DNA from: Octopus bimaculoides | Taxonomy: Eukaryota | DNA: 64,000 bases | Direction: 5' to 3' | Assembly (NCBI RefSeq): GCF_001194135.2 | Contig: NC_068984.1 | Span: 118,454,465 to 118,518,464, forward strand | Shown: piece by piece, positions 12,876 through 24,986 of the stretch | Numbering within the stretch: the stretch's first letter is position 1 | Layout of the letters: the number at the start of each line of letters is the position of its first letter | The notes under the pieces: model-generated | Told to the model about the DNA's origin: nothing | What the model saw: the letters and a program-made list of their open reading frames with translations, nothing else | Database searches by the model: none | Program-made: the position numbers and the translations under genes

Positions 12876-13196
12876 GCACTCTGCCGGTTACAACAACGAG
12901 GGTTCCAGTTGATCCGACCAATGAAACAACCTGCCCGTGAAATTAATGTGCATGTGGTTGAGCACTCCACAGACATGTTTACTCTTAGTGTAGTTCTCAG
13001 GAAGATTCGGTGTGACACAGTGTGACAAGGCTGGCCCTTTGAAAAACAAGGTACAACACATTTTCACCAGTTGAATGAACTGGAGTGGTGTTAAATAAAG
13101 TGTCTTACTCAAGGACACAATGCGTTGCTGCGAATTGAACTGCCAACCTTACAATCATGAGCTGAATACTCCAATCACTAAGCCATGTGACTTCAC
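12876..13196 (-). mobile_element. tRNA-headed SINE (head P, tail Y)
   Basis: Reverse complement of the 7312-7616 architecture. Confidence 0.75.
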
Positions 13197-13861
13197 AACG
13201 TAGACAAATACAGATATATTAAATACCATACAATATAAACTCTTAATTTATCAAAATTATCTCTGCCTCGAGATGAGGTATCATAATTATCAGTTATCAA
13301 GATCAGATCCACAGAATATTAAAAGAAACAAGCTGAAAGTGCTATTAAATAAATAACTTTAAGTAATACACACCCTATCTATTTATATAGACCTACATAG
13401 GAAGTTTATTTAATTTTTTTCTTTTGAAAATGCTTTGAAGAATCAGATCCAAAGAGGATTAATTCCAAAAGAAATTTTTATATTAATTGTTTTAATATTT
13501 TATTAAAGTTTAAACAATAAAACCTGCTTTACTTAATTGTTGGAGACTTTTCCAACTATTATTTTATTAAACCATTGATGAGCCTGTGCCATAAAAAGAT
13601 GGCAGTGCTTCACACATATATTAAAATTCACATACATATGTCAAGGAATTCAATAAAAGTCTGTGGAGTTTATTCCTCAAATTTATTGAATCTGGTTCAT
13701 ATGCGAACATCACCAACAAAATCTCTTGAAAATTTTTATCTGTCAAAGGAGTTGAACTTGTAGCCCACTTTGTTAGTTCTAGCACTAAACTACATTGATT
13801 AAAACAAATTATGCAAACAAATATATATGAATAATTTAGTGAGACAGAAAAGAAATGCATG

Positions 13862-13864
<3 letters not shown>

Positions 13865-13904
<40 letters not shown>
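13865..13904. repeat. (TG)n microsatellite
   Basis: Directly visible. Confidence 0.95.
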
Positions 13905-13905
<1 letters not shown>

Positions 13906-14492
13906 TTTAATAAACTTTTACATTTATTAAGATATAAACATCTATTTTTACTTTTTGTTTTTGTCCTGCCAAGAAAGTAATTATATGGAAGAAATTTGGT
14001 TTTTATAGAGAAGATATGTTGAAAGACCTAATCTCTTTAATATAAACTATTTCAGTGTAGGTCAATAAGAAATAAATTTAAAAAAGACAAAACTTTTTTA
14101 GCATGAGATATTTCCATTCACGTTTGATGCTTTCCACTCTTCTTACTATACTTCAGAAAAGACACACATTCTCTGAATACACACACACACACAAACACAC
14201 ATTATGAATATTTAATAAAGTTATGGCAGACTGGTTTAAAATTATTTATGATATTTTTGTATTTCATTCTCATTTTTATTCTTTCTCCCCTTTTTTTGAA
14301 CATTTGCCGCCTTTTTCTCTTCATCTTTCCTTCATTGTTTTCTTTCCTTCTTTCTCATCTCTCCCACTCTTTAACTCTCTTCCTCAAATAACACAGCTAT
14401 GCTTTTCCTCATGTTGCTTCTTTTTTCAGCTCTCTCCACTTTCTTTTCTTGTCTTTTTCTTCTTACAGTTACATTACAGCAAGAAGAAAAAA

Positions 14493-14674
14493 ATGTGTGT
14501 GTGTGTGTGTGTGTGTGCATGTGTGCCCAGTGTGTATGTATGTGTGTGTGTGTATTGAGTGTGTGCCTGTGTTTGTCGATATGTATGTGTGTATGTGGGG
14601 AGGAGTGTGCATATTGAGTGTGTGTTTGTGTGTGTGTTGAGTGTGTGCATGTGTGTGTTGAATGTGTATATGTT

Positions 14675-14713
<39 letters not shown>

Positions 14714-14720
14714 CGTGTGT
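14493..14720. repeat. Compound (TG)n/(CG)n low-complexity tract
   Basis: Directly visible, preceded by a CT-rich tract. Confidence 0.9.
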
Positions 14721-15176
14721 TAATACACAACAAAATTCAGTTTCTTATAGCAGATACTCCATGAAATTTGCAAACTGGTGACATTATATTATTATATATT
14801 TAATGATTTGCAGCATTTAGTTTCATCTCTTAAGTTTCTGAGTTCAAATTCTGCCAAAGCCACTTTGTTAGTCATCCTTCTGAAGGGGTCAACAAAATGG
14901 ATAGGGTACTAATCAATCATTGAAGTTGGTTCAAAACGAATGTATTGCAGAAACATAATTTTTTTTTTTAAATATCTTGTAACTACTATTGGGTCAATAT
15001 GATACCAGTAAAACTTGTATATGGTATATCTAGGACAAGACAGGTTTGTGAAGTTCTTCCAGCTCAAGGTCATTGACTATAGCTTTGACTCACCAAGTAT
15101 GGGTTGTGAATAAAACAACTCAAGATATTTGAAGTAAAACAATGACAGGAGCTAAATTCAGAAATCTTTACATAAT

Positions 15177-15405
15177 TTAATCCTTTAGCATTCAAATTAT
15201 TTTATCAAATGTAATACTTATTTGTTCATATAGTTTTGAGTTAATCGTTCATTATCTTGTAGCTTTAAGATTTTAATGTTGCAATTGTTAATTTTCAGAA
15301 TGGAATTGTAGGATATGTGTGTGAGGTTGAATCTGGCCAGTTTGAACATAAAACAAAGTACAATGTTTGGGCTGAATATGACCAGTTTAATTGTTAAAGG
15401 ATTAA
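15177..15405. mobile_element. piggyBac-type MITE, family A
   Basis: TTAA TCCTTTAGCA…TGTTAAAGGA TTAA; interior similar to 21138 and 56467. Confidence 0.75.
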
Positions 15406-15708
15406 ATTTTTATAGAGTGTACTGGATGCTTTTTTTTCATAGCACCATGATGGTGGATGTGTAGTACTGAGGGAGGTAGTTTTGTATCAGGTGTAGAGAG
15501 GCTAAAGTAGAAAATAGGAATACATAAGGTGTCTAACTGTAAAGGAGATATATGGTTGCTCCAGCAGGAAAAGGTGCAAGGATAGTTGAAAGGAGGTATC
15601 AGACTGTACCTTCAAGGTACAAGTAGGTGGATAGAGAGAGTATAGAGGAAGAAAATCAAGGATAGCTGGGTAGGTAGGTATGTACATTATAAACACAAAT
15701 AGACAAGA

Positions 15709-16085
15709 CAGGAGTGGCTGTGTGGTAAGTAGCTTGCTAACGAACCACATGGTTCCGGGTTCATTCCCACTGCGTGGCACCTTGGGCAAGTGTCTTCTAC
15801 TGTAGCCTCGGGCCGACCAAAGCCTTGTGAGTGGATTTGGTAGACGGAAACTGAAAGAAGCCCGTTGTATATATGTATATGTTAGTGTGTCTGTGTTTGT
15901 CCCCCGAACATCACTTGACAACCGATGCTGGGGTGTTTATGTCCCTGTAACTTAGCGGTTCGTCAAAAGAGATCGATAGAATAAGTACTAGGCATCCAAA
16001 GAATAAGTCCTGGGGTCGATTTGCACGACTAAAGGCAGTGCTCCAGCATGGCCGCAGTCAAATGACTGAAACAAGTAAAAGAGAG
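15709..16085 (+). mobile_element. CORE-like tRNA SINE (head R), microsatellite hinge, tail A; full length
   Basis: GGAGTGGCTGTGTGGTAAG…GGGTTCATTCC, CORE-like CACCTTGGGCAAGTG, (TA)/(TG) hinge, tail ending GAAACAAGTAAAAGAG. Confidence 0.85.
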
Positions 16086-16485
16086 TAAGACATGTCTATG
16101 TGTGTGTAAATGTATATATGTGTGTACACACACCCATATACACTACTCTATTTAAGAAAAGAAAAGATCAAGAACATAAGAATCTAGGCTTTTAAAATTT
16201 GTTAGGTTTTACTTCATATTCCACAACAGATCATCAGCAACAGCAACAACAGCAGCATTTTTACATCTGCTTTACATGCTGTTTTCGGTTGGATAGGTTG
16301 TCTATCTGGGTCAGTTCTTATTTAGAGGAGATTAAGGTTTGAAAAAGCCCATCGCACAATATAAGTGAGGAGTTAGGCAACTATGTAAAATGATATCAAT
16401 GAAGGAAAGCAAAGAGAAAATACATTGTATTACCTTGCATAAGTTGCTCTATGATCCTATAGGTTGCTCTATGATCCTATATAGT

Positions 16486-16867
16486 TGTTGGCACTCTGTT
16501 GCTTACGACGTCGAGGGTTCCAGTTGATCCAATCAACGGAACAGCCTGCTCGTGAAATTAACGTGCAAGTGGCTGAGCACTCCACAGACACGTGTACCTT
16601 TAACGTAGTTCTCGGGGGGATATTCAGCGTGACACAGTGTGACAAGGCTGACCCTTTGAATTACAGGCACAACAGAAACAGGAAGTAGGAGTGAGAGAAA
16701 GTTGTGGTGAAAGAGTACAGCAGGGCTCGCCACCATCCCCTGCCGGAGCCTTGTGGAGCTTTAGGTGTTTTTGCTCAATAAATACTCACAACGCCCGGTC
16801 TGGGAATCGAAACCGCGATCCTATGACCACGAGTCTGCTGCCCTAACCACTGGGCCATTGCACCTCC
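16486..16867 (-). mobile_element. Young tRNA-headed SINE (head Q, tail Y) with 15-bp TSD
   Basis: TSD ATGATCCTATATAGT at 16471-16485 and 16868-16882. Confidence 0.9.
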
Positions 16868-17475
16868 ATGATCCTATATAGTAGAAAGAATATAATGTGA
16901 GTTCAGAGAACTGTGTATATATTGGCAGGCTATTCAAAACACATGAAAATGGCTTGCCAATTAAAACATACTTCTCCAGATTCTTTGATTATTTCCTTCT
17001 ATTTGGAAAGGGGAAATTTCTCATGAAATATTATAGGATAGTTAAACAAAACATGAAATATTATAGGATCATTATTGTGTTAAGGTAACACAATATCATT
17101 TCTCTTTGTTTTCATTTACTGATAGCACCTTACATATATTACCTAACACCTCACCTATATTGCTCATAGGTTTTTTTCAAACACACCTCATTTACATATA
17201 TTGCAATGTACCATGAAAATTATAATATTCTTTTAGTCGTACTTAACTGTTTCATTTCTGTAAGCTGAAAAATAATTCGCAATTCTATTTTGGAAGCTAA
17301 GTCTCTACATTTCGCAACCATCATACATAATAGTGTTGGACACTATACAGGGATGCACATTGTTTGAAACATGCAGAGAAGTAAAAACAACTGGTATGCA
17401 CTCAAACTGAATCCTTTCTGCCATTAACAACTGTTGTGACCACCTGATCCGAAGGCTGGAATGCCTTTCACTGTA

Positions 17476-17677
17476 CAAGGGGGTGCTGTAAAGTTCCTGG
17501 TTTTAAGGGTATTGCATTTAGGCCAGGTTAGAGGCTCGACCTTCCAAGTTCCATACAAATGTGTGTATCTGAGAGGGGAATACGTTGAATAAAATCCTAA
17601 GTTCAATAGAATCATAACTAACTGATCCTTCAGTATTTTCTTTTACCCAAAGCCAGGAACTTTTCAGCACCCCCTCA
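17476..17677 (+). mobile_element. Mariner-derived MITE (202 bp)
   Basis: 29-bp TIRs (CAAGGGGGTGCTGTAAAGTTCCTGGTTTT vs rc TGAGGGGGTGCTGAAAAGTTCCTGGCTTT, 25/29), TA on both sides, internal remnant LRGEYVE* of a mariner C-terminus. Confidence 0.8.
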
Positions 17678-18157
17678 TATGTCTGTTTAAAGTGGGTTGA
17701 CATATGTCTAAACAACAAATGCAGATTGAACAACATCCTCAGACTGTCACAGGACTGCTGACACACCCTCCTGCTCACCACCACCACCACCACACTTATA
17801 GACACACACACACACTAAACAAATTACATGCTTTGAAAGCATGCAGTGAGGCCCACCTTCAAAACAAAGACATAGCTATGTCCAAAATGTAGTCTCTGTG
17901 CAGTATGTCAATCAAGATAGCCAATCAAGTAAGCTACAATGCTACCACTACCACCACCACCATCACAGGAAGGATGGGGGGAGAGGTAGGAGGAAAAGAC
18001 AGCAGAGGAGGAGGAGAACAACAACAACTACTACTACTACTACTATCACTATAGAAAGATGCATGGCGTATGTAGCTCATTGAGACTCTGAAAAAATATT
18101 CTAGTTCTTTTTTTTAAAATTTAAGCACATTTTATTTTCCATCACCCTCATCTATAT

Positions 18158-18374
18158 TTAACCCTTTCAGCTGAAACCGGCTCTGGCTCTGAGTACAAAT
18201 GTCTTGGTTTCATAAGTTTTGAATTAAAATCTTCCACCAAATCTTTGTCACAATTTATGTTCCTAACACTAGCTGAATGATAACTAAGTTATTTTACTAA
18301 ATTCTTTATTATATTTAAAGTAATTGAAAGAAACACAGAGCCTCTCAAAATAAATGCAGTAACGAAAGGGTTGA
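18158..18374. mobile_element. piggyBac-type MITE, family B
   Basis: TTAA CCCTTTC…GTAACGAAAGGG TTGA. Confidence 0.7.
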
Positions 18375-18469
18375 GAATTTGAACCAGAGTTTGTCTTCAG
18401 AGACATTATTTGACTTTTAGTTAGGAAGTAAAAAAGTATTTGTGTGATGTTTGAAACAACAGTTTCTTT

Positions 18470-19315
18470 TCATACAAAGCAACGTCTTACTGAAATACAT
18501 ATGGTCTTCCATTGCATACACTGTCTATCCAGGGTTTAACAATTGTTTCAAGGACCTCAATGTAGGCGGCAGAGTTAACTCTAAGGCCTTGTGGAAAGAA
18601 GTAAGGAGGCATCACATGTCCTTCATTGCTGACAACCCCTAAAACCATGACAGTTGCAGGAAATTTTGCATGCATAACACTTGGAACTTCAGAAGGGTCT
18701 GCACATAACCATCTGTCATTTCTTCTGCTAACTTTTTGATCTTAGTCGAAGTTTTTCTCCTTTGAGAAAAACCAAATCAAATCTTCTGCTGGATTTTTCA
18801 GTTTGTTTAAAAACCTTTTAGATCTGATGTAGTGANNNNNNNNNNNNNNNNNNNNNNNNNNNNNNNNNNNNNNNNNNNNNNNNNTCTGATGTCTTCATGG
18901 ACAACATTTCTGATTGTTCCTTCTGATACATGGAGATCTTTTGCAATTGACCTCATGGACTTTCTGGGATTGTAATCAATGGTCTGTTGAACTTGCTGGA
19001 TAAATTCAAGTCTTCTGATCATTTCAGAGTGTTTAGAATGCTTTTTATGCTTTGATACTGGTGATACGTTTCCATCTTCAGTCTCTAACTCCTTACAAAC
19101 TTTGTAGACGAAAGATCTGGCAACTTTTAAAAATCGAGATATTTCTAAATCACTATGCTCAGCCTTTATAACCACAATAACAGCATACCTCTTCATTTCT
19201 TGAGTAAACTGAGGGTCTGCCATTATTATTTTCTGAAACAAAGATTATACAGAGTTAGCAAAAAATGTAGCAATGACCTAGAAAAGGTGTGTCCTCAAAT
19301 ACCTTACATACCCTG
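18470..19315 (-). mobile_element. Decayed Tc1/mariner-superfamily element, maT/DD37D-like transposase pseudogene
   Basis: Minus-strand HTH region (…NPRKSMRSIAKDLHVSEGTIRNVVHED) and catalytic region (S[K]EKNFD*DQK…RNDRW…KFPATVMVLGVVSNEGHVMPPYFFPQGLRVN…PW…YVFQ*D). Has stops, a frameshift, an N gap and a truncated 3' end. 5' end CAGGGT at 19315 abuts a TA-rich tract. Confidence 0.85.
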
Positions 19316-19341
19316 TTTATACATATATATATATATGTATA

Positions 19342-19799
19342 TAGGATGTGATGGGTAAATTGTCACCATTTTATAATATTAATTTCGTGCATGCACATTG
19401 TTTGTTTTTGATTTTGTCAACTACACAGTATAATAGGGTCAGTTGAGCACTGTCTGTTAGAAAAACAGTGCCATGATGCAATTCACTTTGCCAGAAATTT
19501 GGAAACACCATGCTATACTGCTTGGCAAAACTTCTTGTAACACTAAAGATGAACTGAAGGCAAGGATTATGACAGTATTCTCCAACTTAAACAAGGAGGC
19601 CCTCCAGAAGAGTTGCAGGATCTTCCACAGTCATCTTGAGGCTGTGGTTGAAGCCAATGGCGATTTTATTGAATAAATTTACTCTTTAATATTTCAAGAT
19701 ATTTTAATGTAATTTTGGTAAATATATCTGTTAAAATGAGATGTCAGTGTTATTTTCATTTTTGCATAATTTAGACAACAGTTTATTCACTGTACTCTG
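19342..19799 (+). mobile_element. Internally deleted Tc1/mariner element (transposase N-terminus fused to C-terminus)
   Basis: ORF 19473-19676 joins MMQFTLPEIWKHHAILLG to …KDELKARI…LEAVVEANGDFIE*, a typical Tc1/maT C-terminus. Degenerate TIRs with TA on both sides. Confidence 0.75.
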
Positions 19800-19911
19800 T
19801 ATATATAAATATATAGATATAAATATATATAAAAAATTTAGATTCAGGTGAATATGGTACTTAAGTTTAGGCACCAGAATTAAGTATGGTATTATCCATA
19901 CAGTTTCAAAA

Positions 19912-20369
19912 TAAGGTGATTAAAAGTCAAAATAAGCAACAAGGATATCCAAAGTTAATGCAGTACGATCGTTTCATGCGACTCCATTTAATTATGCAAT
20001 GTGAACATTACATCAAATATAAAATGCAGAGCAATCCTCAGCTGCACAAAAATATGGAAATTTAATGAAATTACATTTAAACAGAAGGACAATTTTTTAT
20101 AACTACATCTAAACTCTCCAAGTAGAAAGGAAGAATACAAAAAACCATTTTGACTTAGCCAGATCATACAGGCTAACCTGTATATAAAAATATGTCCTGT
20201 TTAAATGTAATTTCATTAAATTTCTATATCTTTGTGCAGCTGAGGATTGCTCTGCATTTTAGATTTGATGTAATGTTCACATTGCTTAATTAAATGGAAT
20301 CGCATGAAGCGATCGTACTGCATTAACTTTGGATGTCCTTGTTGCTTATTTTGACTTTTAATCACCTTA
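19912..20369. mobile_element. Long-arm foldback element/MITE (about 190-bp inverted arms, about 80-bp spacer)
   Basis: TAAGGTGATTAAAAGTC… and …GACTTTTAATCACCTTA. Manual comparison gave 7 mismatches over about 175 bp, then a small indel. TA at both ends. Confidence 0.8.
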
Positions 20370-21137
20370 TATAAATATATATACATATATATATATATGA
20401 GAGGTTTCTTTTCAGTTTCTATCTACCAAATCCACTTACAAGGCTTTGATAAGCCCAATGCTATAGTAGAAGACACTTGCCCAAGGTGCCATGCAATGTG
20501 ACTGAACCTGGAGCCATGTTGTTTAGAAGTAAACTTTTTACAACAGCCCACAGCCATGTCTGCACCTTGTTTTGAATATTACTCTGTTTTTAAAGTGGAA
20601 GCAGACTGAATTATCTGCTATATTTTTAGAGAAAATATGTAACTTTTTGGGGGAGTTGATATGTTATACAAATGTTTCAGATTTTTACACTATGCTCCAA
20701 CAATTTACAAACTGCATGTTGTAGTGTGCAGTATAGTCCCCAACTAGATAGAAATATGATATATGTGGAACAACAGATATATCCATCGCATCTGGTAGTT
20801 TGGCAGATTGAAATAAGTCTAGTTGAACTAGGAAGTGACCAGGGTCCTCCACAATAACAGTAAGTGAATTAAATTTACTTCTTTTCATAATTCATACTTC
20901 TTTCGTATATTAGTAGTCCTTTTTTCTTCTTATTTAAAGCTGTTGTTTTGTCTAATGAAGAAGCAAGAACATAAGTGTCTAAACATTTCCACAAACAGTG
21001 ATACCTTTTCGAAAATAGATCCTGGTTCTCTTCGTGTTTTAGGAGTTGAAGTTTGAAATGTCACCCAACTGTTTGATTTAGTAAGGTTTAGGGAAAAATG
21101 TCAAGAAGAAGAAAAGCTAAAAAGAAAAATCAATCTA

Positions 21138-21364
21138 TTAGCCCTTTAATATTTAGATTACTCTGTCAAAGATAATGCTTATTTATTTACATTGTTTGGG
21201 AATTAATCATGTATGATCTTGTAGCTTCAAGATTTTAGTGATGTGATTATTTATTTTTAAGAATGACATTAGGATAGATGTGAGAGGCCAGATCTGGTCA
21301 GTTTGAACACAAAATAGGTTGAATATTTTGGCCAGATATGGCCGGTTAAATGCTAAAGGGTTAA
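21138..21364. mobile_element. piggyBac-type MITE, family A
   Basis: TTAG CCCTTTA…ATGCTAAAGGG TTAA. Confidence 0.75.
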
Positions 21365-22954
21365 GGTTCGCTTCTCTATGTTTGCATGGCTCAGAGGGAA
21401 TTCATTATCTGGGTGCCCTTCCTGTTGCCAACCCTCACCTGTTTTCAAGCATGCTAATATTTCTCATGGTCAGACATGTTTTCACAGATTGGAAATAGAG
21501 GATGCCACTTGTATGGCATTGATGCTCATTTACTACTGTTGTGTGATGTGAAGACAAAGAGACAGAAGAACACATACATGCATCACCTGGCACAAAGCCA
21601 CCTCCCTCAATACTGCTCCCTCTTCAGTTGAGGGGTTTTTTTGCCTTGCAAGTTACTTGGTGACGTCACTGCTGTAAGGATCACATAAAAACCACCCAGT
21701 ACACCCTGTAAAGTGGCTGGCATTAGGAAAGGCATCCAGCTGTAGAAACCATACCAAAGCAGACAGAGTTTGGTGCAGTTCTCTAGCTTACTTGGCTCCT
21801 GACAAACCGCCTGACCTATATCAACATGGAAAATGGATGGCAAATAATGACAATGATGTTGATGATGACAGGCTTCTTTCAGTTTCCATCAACTAAATCC
21901 ACTCTCAAGACTTTGGCTGGCCATACCTGTGCTTATGCATATAAAATAAATAAGACATCATAAATCTATTATATACTAAAAAGTATTTCAATTCTTGAAA
22001 TATTTTCCCATTCATTTGAATAACTCAAAAGATTTATGACATTGATAATTATATATTCATGTTTGTTATTTATTTATTGTTATTATTAAAAGAGGAATCT
22101 CAGTGATTATTGTGACTTTATTTTTAGGCTGGGTGTTCTTATCAACTGTTATTGTCCCAATGTGAAGTAGACAACGGTCTATTTTCGGTTTTATCTCTAC
22201 TCCTGCAAGAGGAGTAAAGTGTCTTGTCTAAGGATACAGGTATAGCTAGTAGAAGTGTTGGAACAGTTGAACTTTTTCCCTCATGTGACAACATAACAAC
22301 CTTTGTTAATAATTACAATTGCTTATACTGGTTGGTTGTATTTATTTAATGATCGATATCCGTATGGTAACAAATAATCAACAAATGTTATAATTTCATA
22401 TAAGCAAAATAAGAAAATAATTATATTAATTTTCTTGTTTGAACTAGAATGATTAGCAATCTGACGGATATAGTTCGTTAAAAAAAAAAAGCGAAATATT
22501 GATTTATGAATTATACAAAAAAAAAATAATAATTCAACAAATTATATTAATTCTTTGTGCCTATTTATTTTCAGTCTAAGTTAGAAACAATTCTTTGGAT
22601 TAATGGTTTTTAAAACTGAGGGTTTATTTTTAGATTCTGAGATTAACCGAATAACAGAATAACGTGAGTTTTCTATTCTGATTTATTCCAAACGTACCGT
22701 CATTATTTTTGTGGTTCCGAACTAATGAGGAGGAGAGTGTGATGTCGTCGCTTGTATGGTTTTTGCCACCACCGCTTTTTTTTCAGGGAGGGCTTAATGG
22801 GATGTTCTGTTACTTTCGAGCTTCCCTTTTCTTCAAGATAAGTTGAAATCATATAAAAAATATCAATATACCCCAGATAACCGTAGATAAGTGAAATAAC
22901 AAAAACTGGTACTGTGTATAAAAGAGCTTGGATACTGAGTTGCTTCCTCCGTCC

Positions 22955-23237
22955 ATGGTAGCATGGGATGTTGACATCATGGGTAAACTGAAATGTTTCG
23001 AAATCTACTTGGACAGTAACAAGTCTGTTTACCATCCAGGAGAGAGGGTTACTGGTCAGGTAATCGTAGAACTAAAAGGGGACATGAAAATGCGATCCCT
23101 TCGCGTATTTATGCGTGGTGTCGCGAAGGTCCATTGGACAGAATCTCGCAGTACAGGCAGCCGACTTGGTTCCTACACAGAACACTACAATGCTGAAGTG
23201 GAGTACTTTTTCAAGAGACAGGTTTTGTTCGGCGGAG
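22955..23237 (+). CDS. Arrestin-domain-containing protein (alpha-arrestin, ARRDC/TXNIP family), first coding exon (arrestin-N domain start)
   Basis: Translation MVAWDVDIMGKLKCFEIYLDSNKSVYHPGERVTGQVIVELKGDMKMRSLRVFMRGVAKVHWTESRSTGSRLGSYTEHYNAEVEYFFKRQVLFGG matches the alpha-arrestin N-terminal pattern (VY.PGE.V.G.V..., ..G.A.V.W.E..., Y.A...YF). Ends at donor GGAG|GTATGT, phase 1. In-frame ATGs at 22955 and 22979; the true start is uncertain. Confidence 0.9.
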
Positions 23238-24381
23238 GTATGTATTATTTCCTTCTTTCCTAATTTCCTGTTCTTATATTATTTATTTATTTTTATTCTC
23301 TATGCTTCTTCTTTTGACTTTCATTGTGACCTCATTCAGTTAGTCGTCTCTTTACGAAATTTCCTTATTAGAAATCAGTTAAGAAAGAAGAAATATGTGC
23401 GTGTGTGTACTTATATATATATGCGTGTATATATTTATAAATATATGTATATACATAGCTATAGATATATATATATAGAGAGATATTTTGTACGTCTCTA
23501 TGTATACAAGAAGGCGCATAATAGTTATAGACGCAAATCCAAACATTTATGTTTATATTATTCTATTCTTGATGGTTTCTGTTTAATTAAAGTATGTTGT
23601 GAAATCACGATTAATAAAACTTTCCCCCCGTCTTTCCGTTGAGCAAAAAATTACCCTCTTAAATATTTTTATTAATTAGATAGATGATCATCCAAGACAG
23701 TTTTGAGTTCTTCACAGCGGAAATATGTACCCGATATTCCAGCTCTCTACCCCCCACCTAGTCTTCATAAGTAGAGAGAAAACAGTGGAATATGGCTGCA
23801 TACTACTGTTTTGGTTGGTTTTTTGACGCTTTACCGTTGAAAAAATAATTGTTCCATTCATTAATACATCTCTTTTACTTTACAAATTTAAAAGCTGTTT
23901 CCCCCACATTTTGCTATGTTACTAATTCAGTGATCAATTTCAACAATTTATTCTTCACCTTAATTTATAACAAAACAAAACACACATTAACAACCACAAC
24001 AAATAACTAAGCAAGACCAAAAACGATCTCAAAAATATTTACCAACATTTTTTATTTATTAATTGTACAAGCTTTCGTTCTTGAAATGCTTCTGTTGCAC
24101 GGTTGTTAGGCTGTTTGGTGAGACGATTTTTTTCAAAATAATATCCTAAAAATAAATTTACCTGATCTTTCAACTGTTCGATATAATGCTAATTCTTCCT
24201 GTGACATCGAGTTATTAGTTCGATAACATACATACATGTGTGTGTGTGTAATATATATATATGTATGAATGTGTGTGTATACACAATCATATATATATAC
24301 CCACTATTTTATTTTACAAACGGGTGAAAACTAGAGTAATTTAACTAATTCCTGTAGTATTCTGTAGTAAATATGTACGAT

Positions 24382-24386
<5 letters not shown>

Positions 24387-24445
<59 letters not shown>
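24387..24445. repeat. (TA)n microsatellite; many others occur (e.g. 24933-24978, 28455-28518, 53324-53397)
   Basis: Directly visible. Confidence 0.95.
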
Positions 24446-24448
<3 letters not shown>

Positions 24449-24928
24449 CTGTATGTGTATCATGTGCGTACATATGCATATAATGTATATGCATGCATAA
24501 TATATGCATACAAATTATATATACATACTATATATACATACTATATATACATACTCGGGCGCACACACGCACCAAGGTACATGCACACGTATTTGTGTGT
24601 GTATTATATATTCATATACGTGCATACTATTGTTTATAGAATGTTCGGGTGTTGCTTAACCCCCAAAAACCTGTGAATGTGATCAACCCCGAATATACCC
24701 GTCTTCTATTTCACATATAGTTGTTTATTAGACTGCACAATATCTCTAAATATATCTTTCCCTTTTGAAGACGGTTCGGGTGTGATTCTTGAGGGAAATT
24801 TTGCTTCTATTTCTACCAGATCGGTCGACCGCCTAGACTTCCTCGAACCGTACCTTTATTTTCAAAAGGTGTGCAACAGCAATATGTCGAGCTGGTATTT
24901 TGCAATACCCCCATAATTTTTATATGTG

Positions 24929-24986
<58 letters not shown>

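Noticed and set aside
14223-14733. ORFs rich in HT/CV/YI repeats here and throughout the window
   Set aside because: Translations of (CA)n, (TG)n and (TA)n microsatellites.
15502-15921. Recurrent ORF MSSDV…RASFSFRLPNPLTRLWSARGYSRRHLPKVP (also 38724, 52235) resembling a small gene family
   Set aside because: Antisense reading of the head R SINE; start, stop and frame vary among copies.
21661-21668. TGACGTCA (CRE) 1.3 kb upstream of the start codon
   Set aside because: Single 8-mer inside a degenerate SINE tail, with no other support.
21900-22950. Carbohydrate-response element (paired E-boxes) as in TXNIP/ARRDC4 promoters
   Set aside because: I did not see paired CACGTG/CACGAG motifs with 5-bp spacing.
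22928-22954. TTG start and read-through to 23263 in the ORF track
   Set aside because: In-frame ATGs follow, and the part after 23237 is intron.
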